This document shows, in pieces, positions 8,263 to 17,785 of a stretch of DNA of 64,000 nt (the stretch's first letter is position 1; each line of letters starts with the position of its first letter). The stretch lies in the IMG/VR virus record IMGVR_UViG_3300012346_000469. One strand, written 5' to 3'. The position numbers and the translations under genes were made by a program. The stretch is from an uncultured virus (IMG/VR IMGVR_UViG_3300012346_000469). Its lineage: Duplodnaviria; Heunggongvirae; Uroviricota; Caudoviricetes. The notes below the pieces were generated by a model. The model worked only from the letters and a program-made list of their open reading frames with translations, was not told the DNA's origin and did not search any database.

Positions 8263-8465
8263 GCGGTTTGCTCCTTGTGGGTGTTGAATGCGTCGATTAG
8301 GTCGAATGCGGCGCGGCGTCTGGCGTGCTTCATGTCTGGCCCTTCTCTGTCGTGCATGAGCATGGCGTAAGCGATGGCGACGGCCTCCTGTAGCGTTGGC
8401 GCGTCTTGTTCTTCTTGGTCTGGGTGCGGCGTGGCTGGGTTGGCGGTGAAGTGCTGGCGGGTCAT
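8259..8465 (-). CDS. hypothetical protein (MTRQHFTA...)
   Basis: coupled ATGA start inside ORF 8259..8543. Confidence 0.55.
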   Translation of the reverse strand: MTRQHFTANPATPHPDQEEQDAPTLQEAVAIAYAMLMHDREGPDMKHARRRAAFDLIDAFNTHKEQTA

Positions 8466-8677
8466 GGCTTGGCCCTTTGCAGCTCGTTTGCCAAGTCCTG
8501 GCCTCCGTTGCGGCCTATCCATCCGTGGCCGCTCCATCCCCATTGCGTTTTCTCGATGGTGATTTGATTCTCACCCCAAATGAGTTGAATCCATGTTTCA
8601 CCCTTGTTGGCGGCCTTTTTAATGGCGGCCTTCAATGTGGTGATGCTCGGCTTATTGGTGTAGTCAATCTGGATCAT
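8462..8677 (-). CDS. hypothetical protein
   Basis: AGGAG SD; WGENQI..G.GWIG motif. Confidence 0.7.
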   Translation of the reverse strand: MIQIDYTNKPSITTLKAAIKKAANKGETWIQLIWGENQITIEKTQWGWSGHGWIGRNGGQDLANELQRAKP

Positions 8678-8680
8678 GGC

Positions 8681-9028
8681 TTAGGCTCCTGTTCGTGCTT
8701 TGATGGTCATGCGGGTGGATTCTTTGCCCTGCTTTGTGTGGGCGCGGATTAGCTGGGCGCTCGGGTTAAAGCGCTGGGCGATGGTCTGCCAGTCGGTGAG
8801 GGCGCGGCCTGCCACCTGTGCGAAGCTGGCGCGGAAAATCTGCCCTTCGATGGTGGTGAGTCCGGCGTCTTCAAGCTCGGCGCGGATTTTGTCGGCCTCT
8901 TCTTTCATCGTTGCCATTGCTGCGGCGATTGCTCCGAGTCGGTCAACCTTGGCGGCCATGGCATCGGCGGCGCTTTGGCGTGGCTGCAGTGCGCTGAATG
9001 CGAGTGCTTGCAAGTCTTGGGTGTTCAT
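8681..9028 (-). CDS. hypothetical phage protein (coiled coil plus TDW motif)
   Basis: AGGAG SD; common phage early family. Confidence 0.7.
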   Translation of the reverse strand: MNTQDLQALAFSALQPRQSAADAMAAKVDRLGAIAAAMATMKEEADKIRAELEDAGLTTIEGQIFRASFAQVAGRALTDWQTIAQRFNPSAQLIRAHTKQGKESTRMTIKARTGA

Positions 9029-9042
9029 GGTGTGGGCTCCTG

Positions 9043-9249
9043 TTAGATGGTGCGGTAGACGGTGGCCAGGATTTGGCGGGCTTGGGTTTCGCTTAGATTT
9101 AAGTCAAGCATTTGCAGTCGGGCGGCGAAGTGCTGAATTGTCCTGGCTGCGGCGCTGCGGTTGTCGGGCGTATCTGGCGCGCCCTTCAATGGCTGGATTT
9201 CCTGCTTGAATGCTTCGATGCATTGGGGTTTGAGGATTGCGGCGTTCAT
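9043..9249 (-). CDS. hypothetical protein
   Basis: GGAG SD. Confidence 0.6.
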   Translation of the reverse strand: MNAAILKPQCIEAFKQEIQPLKGAPDTPDNRSAAARTIQHFAARLQMLDLNLSETQARQILATVYRTI

Positions 9250-9250
9250 G

Positions 9251-9448
9251 TCATGCGCTCCGGTTGGTGGTGGTCTTGGCGGCGATAAATTGGCCCTTGC
9301 GGGTGATGGTGGCGGCGCTGTAGCAACTGGCCCAGCTTAGGGCGGCGCGTAGCGTCAGCGTGTGGTGCTTGCGTGTGTGGCCGTGGCCTTGGATCGTGTA
9401 GCCGATACGCTGGGCGATTGCGTGGCGGATGGTGTCGGGGGTTGTCAT
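9251..9448 (-). CDS. hypothetical protein (MTTPDTIRHAIA...)
   Basis: AGGAG SD; ATGA overlap. Confidence 0.6.
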   Translation of the reverse strand: MTTPDTIRHAIAQRIGYTIQGHGHTRKHHTLTLRAALSWASCYSAATITRKGQFIAAKTTTNRSA

Positions 9449-9900
9449 GCTGTGGGCTCCTCGGTTGCGGTTGTGATGGCGTTGGCGATTGTGTTGGCGA
9501 AGACGTGCAAAGCCGTGAGGGCTATGATGCGGTCTTCTGGCCTGAGCGTGTGAATTAGGTTGTAGGCGTTGGCCGTTGCGTCTTCGATGGTGGCGCGCTC
9601 GGCGAATAGGTCGCACCTGATCTGTCGGGCAATGGCGCCAATCGTTGGCCGTTGCTCTTCGCTGGGGATGGCTTCAAGCATGATTGAGTTGAGCGCGTCG
9701 GCTTGGCGGTCTTCATAGACTGCGGCGACGCTCTTCAGCGTGGCCCAGGCTTGGCGGTCGGTGAGCGGCTTTCCATCGTGGCCGGTGAACAGTTCTAAAT
9801 AATCGCTGTCGCTCCAGCATTCGATCATCGTGTCGGCTCCCTTGTCATAATTGTCAAGGCACCAGTTCTTCATTGCCTGAATCGTTGCTTCGTGCTTCAT
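9445..9900 (-). CDS. hypothetical protein, first gene of the leftward early operon
   Basis: AGGAG SD; NY..G.D..IECW motif. Confidence 0.7.
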   Translation of the reverse strand: MKHEATIQAMKNWCLDNYDKGADTMIECWSDSDYLELFTGHDGKPLTDRQAWATLKSVAAVYEDRQADALNSIMLEAIPSEEQRPTIGAIARQIRCDLFAERATIEDATANAYNLIHTLRPEDRIIALTALHVFANTIANAITTATEEPTA

Positions 9901-9955
9901 GTCGTTTGCTCCTGTCTGTTAGGTTGTCTGCATCCTGTGTGATGCATTGCTGGCT

Positions 9956-9981
9956 AATGTATAGGCTTTGAAGACTGTCAA
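9956..9981 (-). promoter_or_regulatory. candidate leftward early promoter
   Basis: perfect TTGACA, but TACATT is only 14 bp downstream (non-optimal spacing). Confidence 0.35.
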
Positions 9982-10295
9982 CCCCTGCATTAAAAAATAT
10001 CATGGGGTGATCGTTTGTTGTGCAATTGGCTATTGCTTTGGTTTTCAGGCGCGGGTCGTTGGATAGCTTCAGACAATCGGCGGCGCGGGGTTTTCCATTG
10101 GCGAAGCCGTGCGGCTCTGGTGCTGTCGCATGGGGTGAGACTGCATGGCCTGGCCTTCTGCTGGTGCCTGCTTTGCCTGTTTGCGTCCAGGTGCTGGCCT
10201 TTTGTGGGTGCGTTCGGGCCTTCAATCTCGGCGCTCGTCCAGCTGGTCGGCTGTTGGTGCAAAGCATTGGCGGCGCGGGGGTTTGAAGCGAAGCG

Positions 10296-10324
10296 TTGCA
10301 GTTCTGGTGCTGTTCCCCTATCAT
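10296..10324 (+). promoter_or_regulatory. sigma70-like promoter for terS, probably leaderless
   Basis: TTGCAG-17 bp-TATCAT; ATG 10332 lies 7 nt after the -10. Confidence 0.55.
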
Positions 10325-10331
10325 CGCACCT

Positions 10332-11096
10332 ATGAAAGAACACAAACCACCAAGCAAGATGACACGCGCTCAGATAACGGAAGCATTGGATACAGTGCCC
10401 GTCTCCCATATCCTGGGCAAGTCGGCAAATCGCGAGCTAACAGCAAAACAAAAGGCGTTCGCATTGGAAGTGGCGAAGGGCTCAACCGGTGCGGCGGCAT
10501 ATCGGAAGGCATATAACACGAAGGGCAAGAAGCTAACCCAAGCCAATGACGCATCAAGGCTAAAGGCGCGGCCTGATATATCCGCAGAGATAGAGGCTTA
10601 TCAGTTGGCTATTGAGGCGGCGAAACATAGAAACCCTGCCGCCCTGCGTGAGTTGGTCATCCAATCACTGGTGCAGGTCATCATCAACCCCGAGTCAAAA
10701 CCTGGCCAAATCACGGCGGCGGCTAAGGTGCTCGGCACAGTCACCGAAGTGGCGGCTTTCACTGAGCGCAAAGAAGTCCGGACGATTACCAGCTCTGAAG
10801 ATGCACGCGCCAAGATCATGGCTCAGCTCAAAGAACTGACGAAGGCGCAGGCCATCGATGCGACGCTGATAGATCGCCAGGCTGAAGACCTGATGGCAGA
10901 GCTCAGCGACACGGAAGAAAAAACCGAGCCAGACGAGACCCACCCATCCCCGACCCCCACAAGTGAGGAAGAGGAGTCCCTCCTCAGAGCGCATACTATT
11001 CCACACGAACAATCCCCTCAATCTCTCAACTGGATCGAAAATCTCGAAGATAGCGACCCCACCCCCTCATCTGAGGAAGACCCCCCGGTAGCTTGA
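10332..11096 (+). CDS. terS: terminase small subunit-like protein with acidic tail
   Basis: LTAKQKAF...AYRKAY...ASRL HTH typical of TerS; upstream of TerL. Confidence 0.75.
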   Translation: MKEHKPPSKMTRAQITEALDTVPVSHILGKSANRELTAKQKAFALEVAKGSTGAAAYRKAYNTKGKKLTQANDASRLKARPDISAEIEAYQLAIEAAKHRNPAALRELVIQSLVQVIINPESKPGQITAAAKVLGTVTEVAAFTERKEVRTITSSEDARAKIMAQLKELTKAQAIDATLIDRQAEDLMAELSDTEEKTEPDETHPSPTPTSEEEESLLRAHTIPHEQSPQSLNWIENLEDSDPTPSSEEDPPVA

Positions 11097-11109
11097 AAGG
11101 AAAAATGCC

Positions 11110-11373
11110 ATGGAAAATATTCGCCAAAAAATTTCGGATTACGACGAAGAGATTTTGTTGTTGCCTGAGAAGTACGATGAGTGCATTGTTGGCCTTGTGT
11201 CCCGGTGTGGGATGGAGGTTGTTGCTTTGTACGACAGTGGCAAGTTGGCTGCTTGTTACATGAGCGAGGGGATGGAAGAGGATGAGGCCTGGGAGCACTT
11301 TGAATTTAATGTGGCCGGGGCGTACGTTGGGCCCAAAACGCCCATGTTCACGGTGGAGTTGCCTAATTTTTAA
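11110..11373 (+). CDS. conserved hypothetical phage protein
   Basis: YDECIVG...YD...EA.E.FEFNVAGAYVG..TP motif. Confidence 0.75.
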   Translation: MENIRQKISDYDEEILLLPEKYDECIVGLVSRCGMEVVALYDSGKLAACYMSEGMEEDEAWEHFEFNVAGAYVGPKTPMFTVELPNF

Positions 11374-11430
11374 GCAGTTTTTTTTCTGAAAAATCTGTGA
11401 CGTTTGGTAGTAGGCCAATAGAAAACAAGG

Positions 11431-11466
11431 TACTTTGGGGACACGGCAACTTATTTAAATAAGTTC
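11431..11466. repeat. copy 1 of a 36-bp inverted repeat containing the palindrome AACTTATTTAAATAAGTT
   Basis: 35/36 identity to the reverse complement of 53327-53362. Confidence 0.9.
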
Positions 11467-11479
11467 GCGAAAAAAAGTT

Positions 11480-11767
11480 ATGCACAGATGTATGAGGCAC
11501 AAGCGCTCGGACCTAACTGAGAGCGAAGTCAAGGAGATGGTGATGAGCCCGATGCAAAGGGAGGTGTTTGACGTGATTGATGCGTGGTGGAAGAAGTATG
11601 GGTACAGTCCATCGCTTCGGGACATTGCGTATGTGCGCGGGAAGACTGGGATGGGGTCTACGCTGAAGATCGTGAACCGGCTTGTGGAGTTGGGGGCGAT
11701 CAAAAAATTGGATCGTGCGGGTCGGTCGATTCGGCCGGTGTACATCAACTTTAGGAATTTGAAATGA
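11480..11767 (+). CDS. LexA-type winged-helix DNA-binding domain protein (no peptidase domain)
   Basis: SPMQREVFDVI...GYSPSLRDIA...LVELGAI...RSI matches the LexA N-terminal domain; start codon uncertain. Confidence 0.8.
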   Translation: MHRCMRHKRSDLTESEVKEMVMSPMQREVFDVIDAWWKKYGYSPSLRDIAYVRGKTGMGSTLKIVNRLVELGAIKKLDRAGRSIRPVYINFRNLK

Positions 11768-12045
11768 AGTTCAGAAAAAAGCCCGTGGTCATTGAGGCGA
11801 CCCAGTGGTTCAAGAATGGCGACCACCCGTCTGTGCGTCAATATTGGACACATGACCCCGAGGGTAAAGGGTGGGGCTGGATTGATACCCTTGAGGGTGG
11901 TCATATCGTCATGCCTGGCGACTGGATCATTACCGGGGTGAAGGGTGAGCACTACCCCTGCAAACCTGACATCTTTGAGATAACCTACGAAGCGATGCCC
12001 ACTGATGAAGACTACATGGCTGCCCTTGGGCCCTGTGGAAAATAA
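11764..12045 (+). CDS. conserved phage protein (RKKPVVIEA..TLEG..GDWII.GVKGE.YPCKPDIF family)
   Basis: recognisable widespread phage family. Confidence 0.8.
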   Translation: MKFRKKPVVIEATQWFKNGDHPSVRQYWTHDPEGKGWGWIDTLEGGHIVMPGDWIITGVKGEHYPCKPDIFEITYEAMPTDEDYMAALGPCGK

Positions 12046-12068
12046 AAACGTCGCTCCGCGAAGGACTT

Positions 12069-13574
12069 ATGGAACTTGAAAATCTGATTGCCCAGCTACC
12101 GGCGCATGAGCAGGAGCAGCTTATGGCCCAGGTCGCGGATTACAAAGCGGCGCTGGAGCGTGAGCAATGCCAAGCGTCGTTCATGGCGTTTGTCAAAAAG
12201 ATGTGGCCCGGGTTCATCCATGGGCGGCACCATGCTGTGGTGGCCAAGGCCTTTGAGGAGATCGCGTCGGGAAAAATCAAGCGCCTGGCCATCTCGATGC
12301 CGCCTCGGCACACGAAGTCGGAGTTCGGCTCCTACATGCTGCCGGCCTGGTTCCTGGGCAAGTTCCCCGGCAAGAAGGTGATGCAGGCCTCCAACACCGG
12401 TGAGCTGGCCGTGGGCTTTGGCCGCAAGGTCCGAAACCTGGTCATGAGCGAGCAGTACCACGAGGTCTTCCCGAACACCAACATTCGGCAGGACTCCAAG
12501 TCGGCCGGCCGGTGGGCGGTGAACGAGGTGGGTGAGTATTTCGCTATTGGTGTGGGCGGTACCATGACTGGCCGGGGTGCTGATCTGGTCATCATTGACG
12601 ACCCGCACACGGAACAAGAGGCGGCGCTGGCTGCCCACAACCCCGAGGTCTACGACCAAGCGTACGAGTGGTACACGTCAGGTCCACGTCAGCGTCTGCA
12701 ACCTAACGGGGCGATCATCATCATTGCCACCAGGTGGGGTGAGCGCGACCTGATCGGCCGAGTGCTCAAAGATGCGGCCGAGCGGGGCAAGCCTGACGAG
12801 TGGCGCGTGATCGAGTTCCCTGCGATCTTGCCAAGCGGCAAACCTTTGTGGCCTGAGTTCTGGCCGCTCGAGCTGCTGGCCGACTTGAAAGAAGAACTGC
12901 CGCCGGCCAAGTGGAACGCCCAGTACCAGCAAAAGCCCACGGGCGAAGAGGGTGCGATCGTCAAGCGCGACTGGTGGAAGGTATGGCCACACGACGAGCC
13001 GCCACCATGCCAGTTCATCATCCAGTCTTGGGACACTGCGTTTTCCAAAAACGAGCGGGCCGATTTTTCGGCTTGCACGACCTGGGGCATCTTCAACCTG
13101 GACGAAGACGAGAACAACGTCAACATCATCTTGCTGGACGCCTTCCAAAAACGGATGGAGTTTCCTGAGCTGAAAGAAAAAGCCAAGGCTCACTATCTTG
13201 ACTGGGAGCCGGATGCGTGCATCATTGAGGCCAAGGCGGCCGGAACGCCGTTGATCTTTGAGCTGCGCCAGGCTGGCATCATGGTTCAAGAGTACACACC
13301 CAGCCGCGGCAAGAAGGGTCAGTCCAACGACAAGATCGCCCGTTTGAATTCTGTGTCCGACATTTTTGCCTCTGGCAAAGTGTGGGCGCCCGACACGCGC
13401 TGGGCTCGCGAGGTGATTGATCAGATGGCCGCCTTCCCGAATGCAGCCCACGATGACTTGACCGACACGGCCGTCCAGGCGTTGATGCGCTTTAGACAGG
13501 GCGGTTTTTTGAGACTAGAATCCGATGAACGCGATGAGCCCGTCGGTCTTTATCGCAAGCGAATCTACTATTAA
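12069..13574 (+). CDS. terL: terminase large subunit
   Basis: MPPRHTKSE Walker A, LVIIDDP Walker B, SWDTA and HDD nuclease motifs. Confidence 0.95.
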   Translation: MELENLIAQLPAHEQEQLMAQVADYKAALEREQCQASFMAFVKKMWPGFIHGRHHAVVAKAFEEIASGKIKRLAISMPPRHTKSEFGSYMLPAWFLGKFPGKKVMQASNTGELAVGFGRKVRNLVMSEQYHEVFPNTNIRQDSKSAGRWAVNEVGEYFAIGVGGTMTGRGADLVIIDDPHTEQEAALAAHNPEVYDQAYEWYTSGPRQRLQPNGAIIIIATRWGERDLIGRVLKDAAERGKPDEWRVIEFPAILPSGKPLWPEFWPLELLADLKEELPPAKWNAQYQQKPTGEEGAIVKRDWWKVWPHDEPPPCQFIIQSWDTAFSKNERADFSACTTWGIFNLDEDENNVNIILLDAFQKRMEFPELKEKAKAHYLDWEPDACIIEAKAAGTPLIFELRQAGIMVQEYTPSRGKKGQSNDKIARLNSVSDIFASGKVWAPDTRWAREVIDQMAAFPNAAHDDLTDTAVQALMRFRQGGFLRLESDERDEPVGLYRKRIYY

Positions 13575-13583
13575 GGCGGAAGC

Positions 13584-16196
13584 ATGGACATCGATCGCGC
13601 AATTTACGAAGCACCGCAAGGCTTGGCATCACTCGAAGGTGGTGAAGAGCCAGTGATGGAAATTGAAGTCGTCAACCCAGAGGACATGACCATCGACATT
13701 GGCGGCGTTGAGATCACATTGGGCGACATAAAAGAGTCCGACGACGGCACTCCATTCGATGCCAACTTGGCCGAGTACATGGACGAAGGCGAGCTCGAGA
13801 GCATTGGCGGCGACCTGATCGAAGAAGTTGAAGCCGACATCAATTCGCGCAAAGACTGGGTTGAGATGTACGTCAAGGGCCTTGAGGTCCTGGGCATGAA
13901 ATACGAAGAGCGCACCGAGCCATGGAACGGCGCGTGCGGCGTGTTCAGCACCTTGCTTACCGAGGCCGCCGTCCGCTTCCAAAGTGAAACGATCATCGAG
14001 ACTTTCCCATCGTCGGGTCCAGTCAAGACAGAGATCATCGGCGCGATCGACAAACTCAAAGAGGCCGCAGCAAATCGTGTTCGCGATGACATGAACTACC
14101 GCCTCACGGAAGAGATGCCTGAGTACCGGCCAGAGCATGAGCGCATGCTGTTCAACCTGGGCCTGTCGGGCTCTGCGTTCAAGAAGGTTTACTTCGACCC
14201 AAGCCTTGGCCGCCAGACATCCATGTTCATTGCGGCCGAAGACCTGGTGATCCCTTACGGCTCCAGCGGCGCGCGCACAGCAGAACGTGTGACGCACGTC
14301 ATGCGCAAAACCAAGAACGAAGTGAAGAAGCTGCAGGTTGCTGGCTTCTACCGCGACGTTGAGTTGGGCGAGCCAATGATGTTCCACAACGACGTGGAAA
14401 AGAAAAAGGCCGAAGAGCAGGGCTACTCCGTCTCCGACGACAACCGATACCAGTTCTACGAAATCCAAGTCGACTACGACATGCCTGGTTTCGAGGACCC
14501 AGATGGCATTGCTCTGCCTTACATCGTCACGATTGATCGCGGCACATCGAAGGTCATGTCGATCTACCGCAACTACCGCAAAGACGACGCAAAGAAAAAC
14601 AAGCGCCAGCACTTTGTCCAGTACGACTACGTGCCCGGCTTTGGCGCATACGGCTTTGGCTACATCCACCTGATCGGTGGCTATGCCCGCGCCGGCACAT
14701 CGTTGATTCGCCAGTTGGTTGACGCCGGCACGCTGAGCAACTTGCCTGGCGGCCTGAAGTCACGCGGCCTGCGCATCAAAGGCGACGACACTCCAATCGC
14801 TCCCGGCGAGTGGCGCGACGTGGATGTGCCATCGGGCTCGGTGCGCGACAACATCATGCCGCTGCCATACAAAGAGCCAAGCCAAGTGCTGGCCGCTTTG
14901 CTGGAAAAGATCACCGAAGAAGGCCGCCGCCTTGGCTCGATTGCCGACATGAAGGTCAGCGACATGAGTGCCAACGCACCGGTGGGCACAACGTTGGCGT
15001 TGCTGGAGCGTCAGCTCAAAACCATGTCGGCCGTGCAGGCTCGCGTGCATTACTCGATGAAGCAGGAATTCAAGCTGCTCAAAGAGATCATCCGCGACAA
15101 CTGCCCAAGCGAATACGACTACGTCCCAGAGGGCGCGGACCCACAGGCCAAGCAAGAAGACTATGACATGGTGGATGTGATCCCCGTGTCCGATCCGAAC
15201 AGCGCCACCATGGCCCAACGGATCATGCAGTACCAGGCCATCATTCAACTGTCGGCTCAGGCGCCACAGATTTATGATCTGCCCCAGCTGCACCGCCAAA
15301 TGATTGAAGTGCTGGGTGTGCGCAACGCTGAAAAGCTGGTGCCAATCGAAGACGACATGAAGCCACGCGATCCGATCAGCGAAAACATGGCCTTCTTGAA
15401 CGGCAAACCCACCAAGGCGTTCATTTATCAGGACCACGACGCGCACATTGCCGTCCACACATCCATGATGCAGGACCCATTGCTCATGGCGCAGATCGGC
15501 CAGAACCCACAAGCTCAAAAAATGATGGCCGAGATTCAGGCTCACATCGCAGAGCACTTGGCATTCGCATATCGCCGCAAGGTCGAAGAGCAGCTTGGCG
15601 TTCCGATGCCAAAACCAGACGAAGATTTGCCAGAAGACGTGGAAGTTCAGCTCTCCCGCCTGGTTGCCCAGGCCTCTCAGCAGGTTTTGCAGCAAAGCAA
15701 GGGCCAGGCCCAGCAGCAGCAAGCCCAACAGATGGCTCAGGACCCCATGGTCCAGATGCAACAGGCAGAATTGCAGATCAAGCAACAGGAAGTGCAGATC
15801 AAAGGCAAGAAAGTGGACGGCGATTTGCAGATCAAGCAGCAAGAATTGGCGCTCAAAGCCCAAGAATTGCACGCCAAAGAGGGCATGGACAACCCTCAGA
15901 TGATTGCTCAGCGCCACGCCATCGAAATGCAGGCTCTTCAGGCCCAGCAACAGCGCGAAATGGAGCAACATCAGCAGCAAATTGCTCAGCAAGCCGCTCA
16001 GCAACAGCAACAAATGGCCATGCAGCAGCAGCAACATGCTCAGGCAATGGCGCACGGCGGTCAAGTGCATGCGCAGAAGGTGCGCCACGCAGAAATGACA
16101 GCCGCTCAACGAGCCCAACACGCCGAAGAGGCTGCGGAACGGGCTGCAAAACAACCATTGCCGACTGCTAAATCGTCGGCCAGCAAAGGAGATTGA
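13584..16196 (+). CDS. portal protein with long Q-rich C-terminal barrel
   Basis: position after TerL; podovirus portal features; Q/M-rich helical tail. Confidence 0.9.
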   Translation: MDIDRAIYEAPQGLASLEGGEEPVMEIEVVNPEDMTIDIGGVEITLGDIKESDDGTPFDANLAEYMDEGELESIGGDLIEEVEADINSRKDWVEMYVKGLEVLGMKYEERTEPWNGACGVFSTLLTEAAVRFQSETIIETFPSSGPVKTEIIGAIDKLKEAAANRVRDDMNYRLTEEMPEYRPEHERMLFNLGLSGSAFKKVYFDPSLGRQTSMFIAAEDLVIPYGSSGARTAERVTHVMRKTKNEVKKLQVAGFYRDVELGEPMMFHNDVEKKKAEEQGYSVSDDNRYQFYEIQVDYDMPGFEDPDGIALPYIVTIDRGTSKVMSIYRNYRKDDAKKNKRQHFVQYDYVPGFGAYGFGYIHLIGGYARAGTSLIRQLVDAGTLSNLPGGLKSRGLRIKGDDTPIAPGEWRDVDVPSGSVRDNIMPLPYKEPSQVLAALLEKITEEGRRLGSIADMKVSDMSANAPVGTTLALLERQLKTMSAVQARVHYSMKQEFKLLKEIIRDNCPSEYDYVPEGADPQAKQEDYDMVDVIPVSDPNSATMAQRIMQYQAIIQLSAQAPQIYDLPQLHRQMIEVLGVRNAEKLVPIEDDMKPRDPISENMAFLNGKPTKAFIYQDHDAHIAVHTSMMQDPLLMAQIGQNPQAQKMMAEIQAHIAEHLAFAYRRKVEEQLGVPMPKPDEDLPEDVEVQLSRLVAQASQQVLQQSKGQAQQQQAQQMAQDPMVQMQQAELQIKQQEVQIKGKKVDGDLQIKQQELALKAQELHAKEGMDNPQMIAQRHAIEMQALQAQQQREMEQHQQQIAQQAAQQQQQMAMQQQQHAQAMAHGGQVHAQKVRHAEMTAAQRAQHAEEAAERAAKQPLPTAKSSASKGD

Positions 16197-16393
16197 TGGA
16201 ACGAAAAATTCTTGACCACCTGAACGCCAAATTGGAAGAGCGTCGGGTGGAACTCATCGATTTTTTAGGTCGTGGAAGTGCTCCAACCTTCGACGCCTAC
16301 AAAGAAGTGTGCGGTCAAATCCGAGGCCTGCAAGCCGCACAACTTGAAATTGCTGACCTCGTGCGAAAACTGAAGGAAATTGATGATGAGTGA
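16196..16393 (+). CDS. hypothetical head-module protein
   Basis: Y...CGQIRGL motif; coupled to the portal stop. Confidence 0.75.
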   Translation: MERKILDHLNAKLEERRVELIDFLGRGSAPTFDAYKEVCGQIRGLQAAQLEIADLVRKLKEIDDE

Positions 16394-16793
16394 ATTTGAC
16401 GTTAAGGCAGTCGACCTGTCTGGCATCTTGAACAAGCCGGTCGAAGATAAAGCACGCCAGGTCCCAGACCCGGCCACGTTTTATCTGCTTTGCATGCTCC
16501 CGAAAGCGGAAGAAGAGTTCAGTGAAACTGGTATTCTGAAATCTGCTACAGCCATGTACCACGAAGAGCTTTTATCCTCCGTGTTGTTCGTGGCAAAAAT
16601 GGGCCCAGACGCCTACAAGGACGAAAAACGCTTCCCGAGCGGCCCCAGCTGCAAGGTTGGTGACTTCGTTGTGGTTCGCCCCAACACGGGCACCCGCATG
16701 AAAATTCACGGCACTGAGTGGCGACTGATCAACGACGATTCCGTTGAAGCTGTCGTGCAGGACCCCCGTGGAATTCAACGTCCAAACATGTAA
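16386..16793 (+). CDS. GroES-like co-chaperonin
   Basis: TGIL mobile loop, MGPDAY, KVGDFV, RLINDD.VEAVV motifs. Confidence 0.85.
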   Translation: MSEFDVKAVDLSGILNKPVEDKARQVPDPATFYLLCMLPKAEEEFSETGILKSATAMYHEELLSSVLFVAKMGPDAYKDEKRFPSGPSCKVGDFVVVRPNTGTRMKIHGTEWRLINDDSVEAVVQDPRGIQRPNM

Positions 16794-16803
16794 GGAGTAG
16801 CAG

Positions 16804-17784
16804 ATGGCCGATTTTGAAAAAGTTGAGTTTGAATTCCCGCACGAGTCTGAAGAAAAGAACCCTCGTGCTGGCGGGAAAGTGGTCGAAACCGAAGAAGAGG
16901 TGAAAGTTGATGACGATTCAACAGACATCGAGGTTGTTGATGACACCCCCGCAAAGGACCGCAACCGCAAACCAATGGAAGAGCCCCCAAAGGACGTTCC
17001 AGAGGACGAGCTCGCCAAATATGACGAGAGCGTGCGAAAGCGAATCCAGCACTTCACCAAGGGCTATCACGAAGAGCGACGAGCCAAAGAGGCTGCCGAG
17101 CGCGAACGTGAAGAAGCTCTGCGCTTTGCTCAAAACCTAGCCGAAGAAAACAAAAAGCTGAAGGGCTCTTTGTCTCAAGGCCAGCAAGCGCTGCTGGAGC
17201 AGGCCAAAAAGGTCGTTGCCAGCGAAATGGAAGACGCAAAACGCAAGTACAAAGAGGCGTATGAGTCCGGCGACTCGAACGCGCTCGTGGCTGCGCAAGA
17301 GCAAATGACTGCGGTCAAGATCAAGGCTGACCGCGTCAACAATTTCCGGCCAGCACCAGTTGAAAGTGCTGCGCCAGAGATCAAAATGCCAGAACGGCGC
17401 CAGGAACCCACTCCACAAGTGGATAAAAAGGCCCTAGAATGGCAAAACAGGAATACTTGGTTCGGCCAAGATGACGAGATGACCAGCTTTGCACTTGGAC
17501 TCCACAACAAGCTGGTTAAATCTGGAGTTGACCCATCGTCCGAAGAGTATTACAAACGTGTTGATTCGCGAATTCGCGAAGTTTTCCCGGATTCGTTTGA
17601 GTCAGAGAAAACCGACGATGCTCCTACTCGTCGCCAACAAACATCAAACGTTGTCGCACCGGCAACTAGGGGTACTGCGCCACGTAAAGTCGTACTTACC
17701 AAATCGCAGGTGGAAATCGCCAAGCGGCTGGGTGTTCCTTTGGAACTCTATGCTCGTAAGGTTGCGGAAGAAATGAGGAAATGA
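16804..17784 (+). CDS. capsid scaffolding protein
   Basis: acidic coiled-coil protein ahead of the capsid genes; W..RN.WFG and LT.SQV.IAKRLGV motifs. Confidence 0.75.
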   Translation: MADFEKVEFEFPHESEEKNPRAGGKVVETEEEVKVDDDSTDIEVVDDTPAKDRNRKPMEEPPKDVPEDELAKYDESVRKRIQHFTKGYHEERRAKEAAEREREEALRFAQNLAEENKKLKGSLSQGQQALLEQAKKVVASEMEDAKRKYKEAYESGDSNALVAAQEQMTAVKIKADRVNNFRPAPVESAAPEIKMPERRQEPTPQVDKKALEWQNRNTWFGQDDEMTSFALGLHNKLVKSGVDPSSEEYYKRVDSRIREVFPDSFESEKTDDAPTRRQQTSNVVAPATRGTAPRKVVLTKSQVEIAKRLGVPLELYARKVAEEMRK

Positions 17785-17785
17785 A

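Noticed and set aside
7343..9915. Recurrent GCTCCTGT motif in the early region
   Set aside because: It is the reverse complement of the ACAGGAGC Shine-Dalgarno before each gene
11448..11465. dif/XerCD site
   Set aside because: TTATTTAAAT only loosely resembles the XerD arm and there is no XerC arm with a 6-bp spacer
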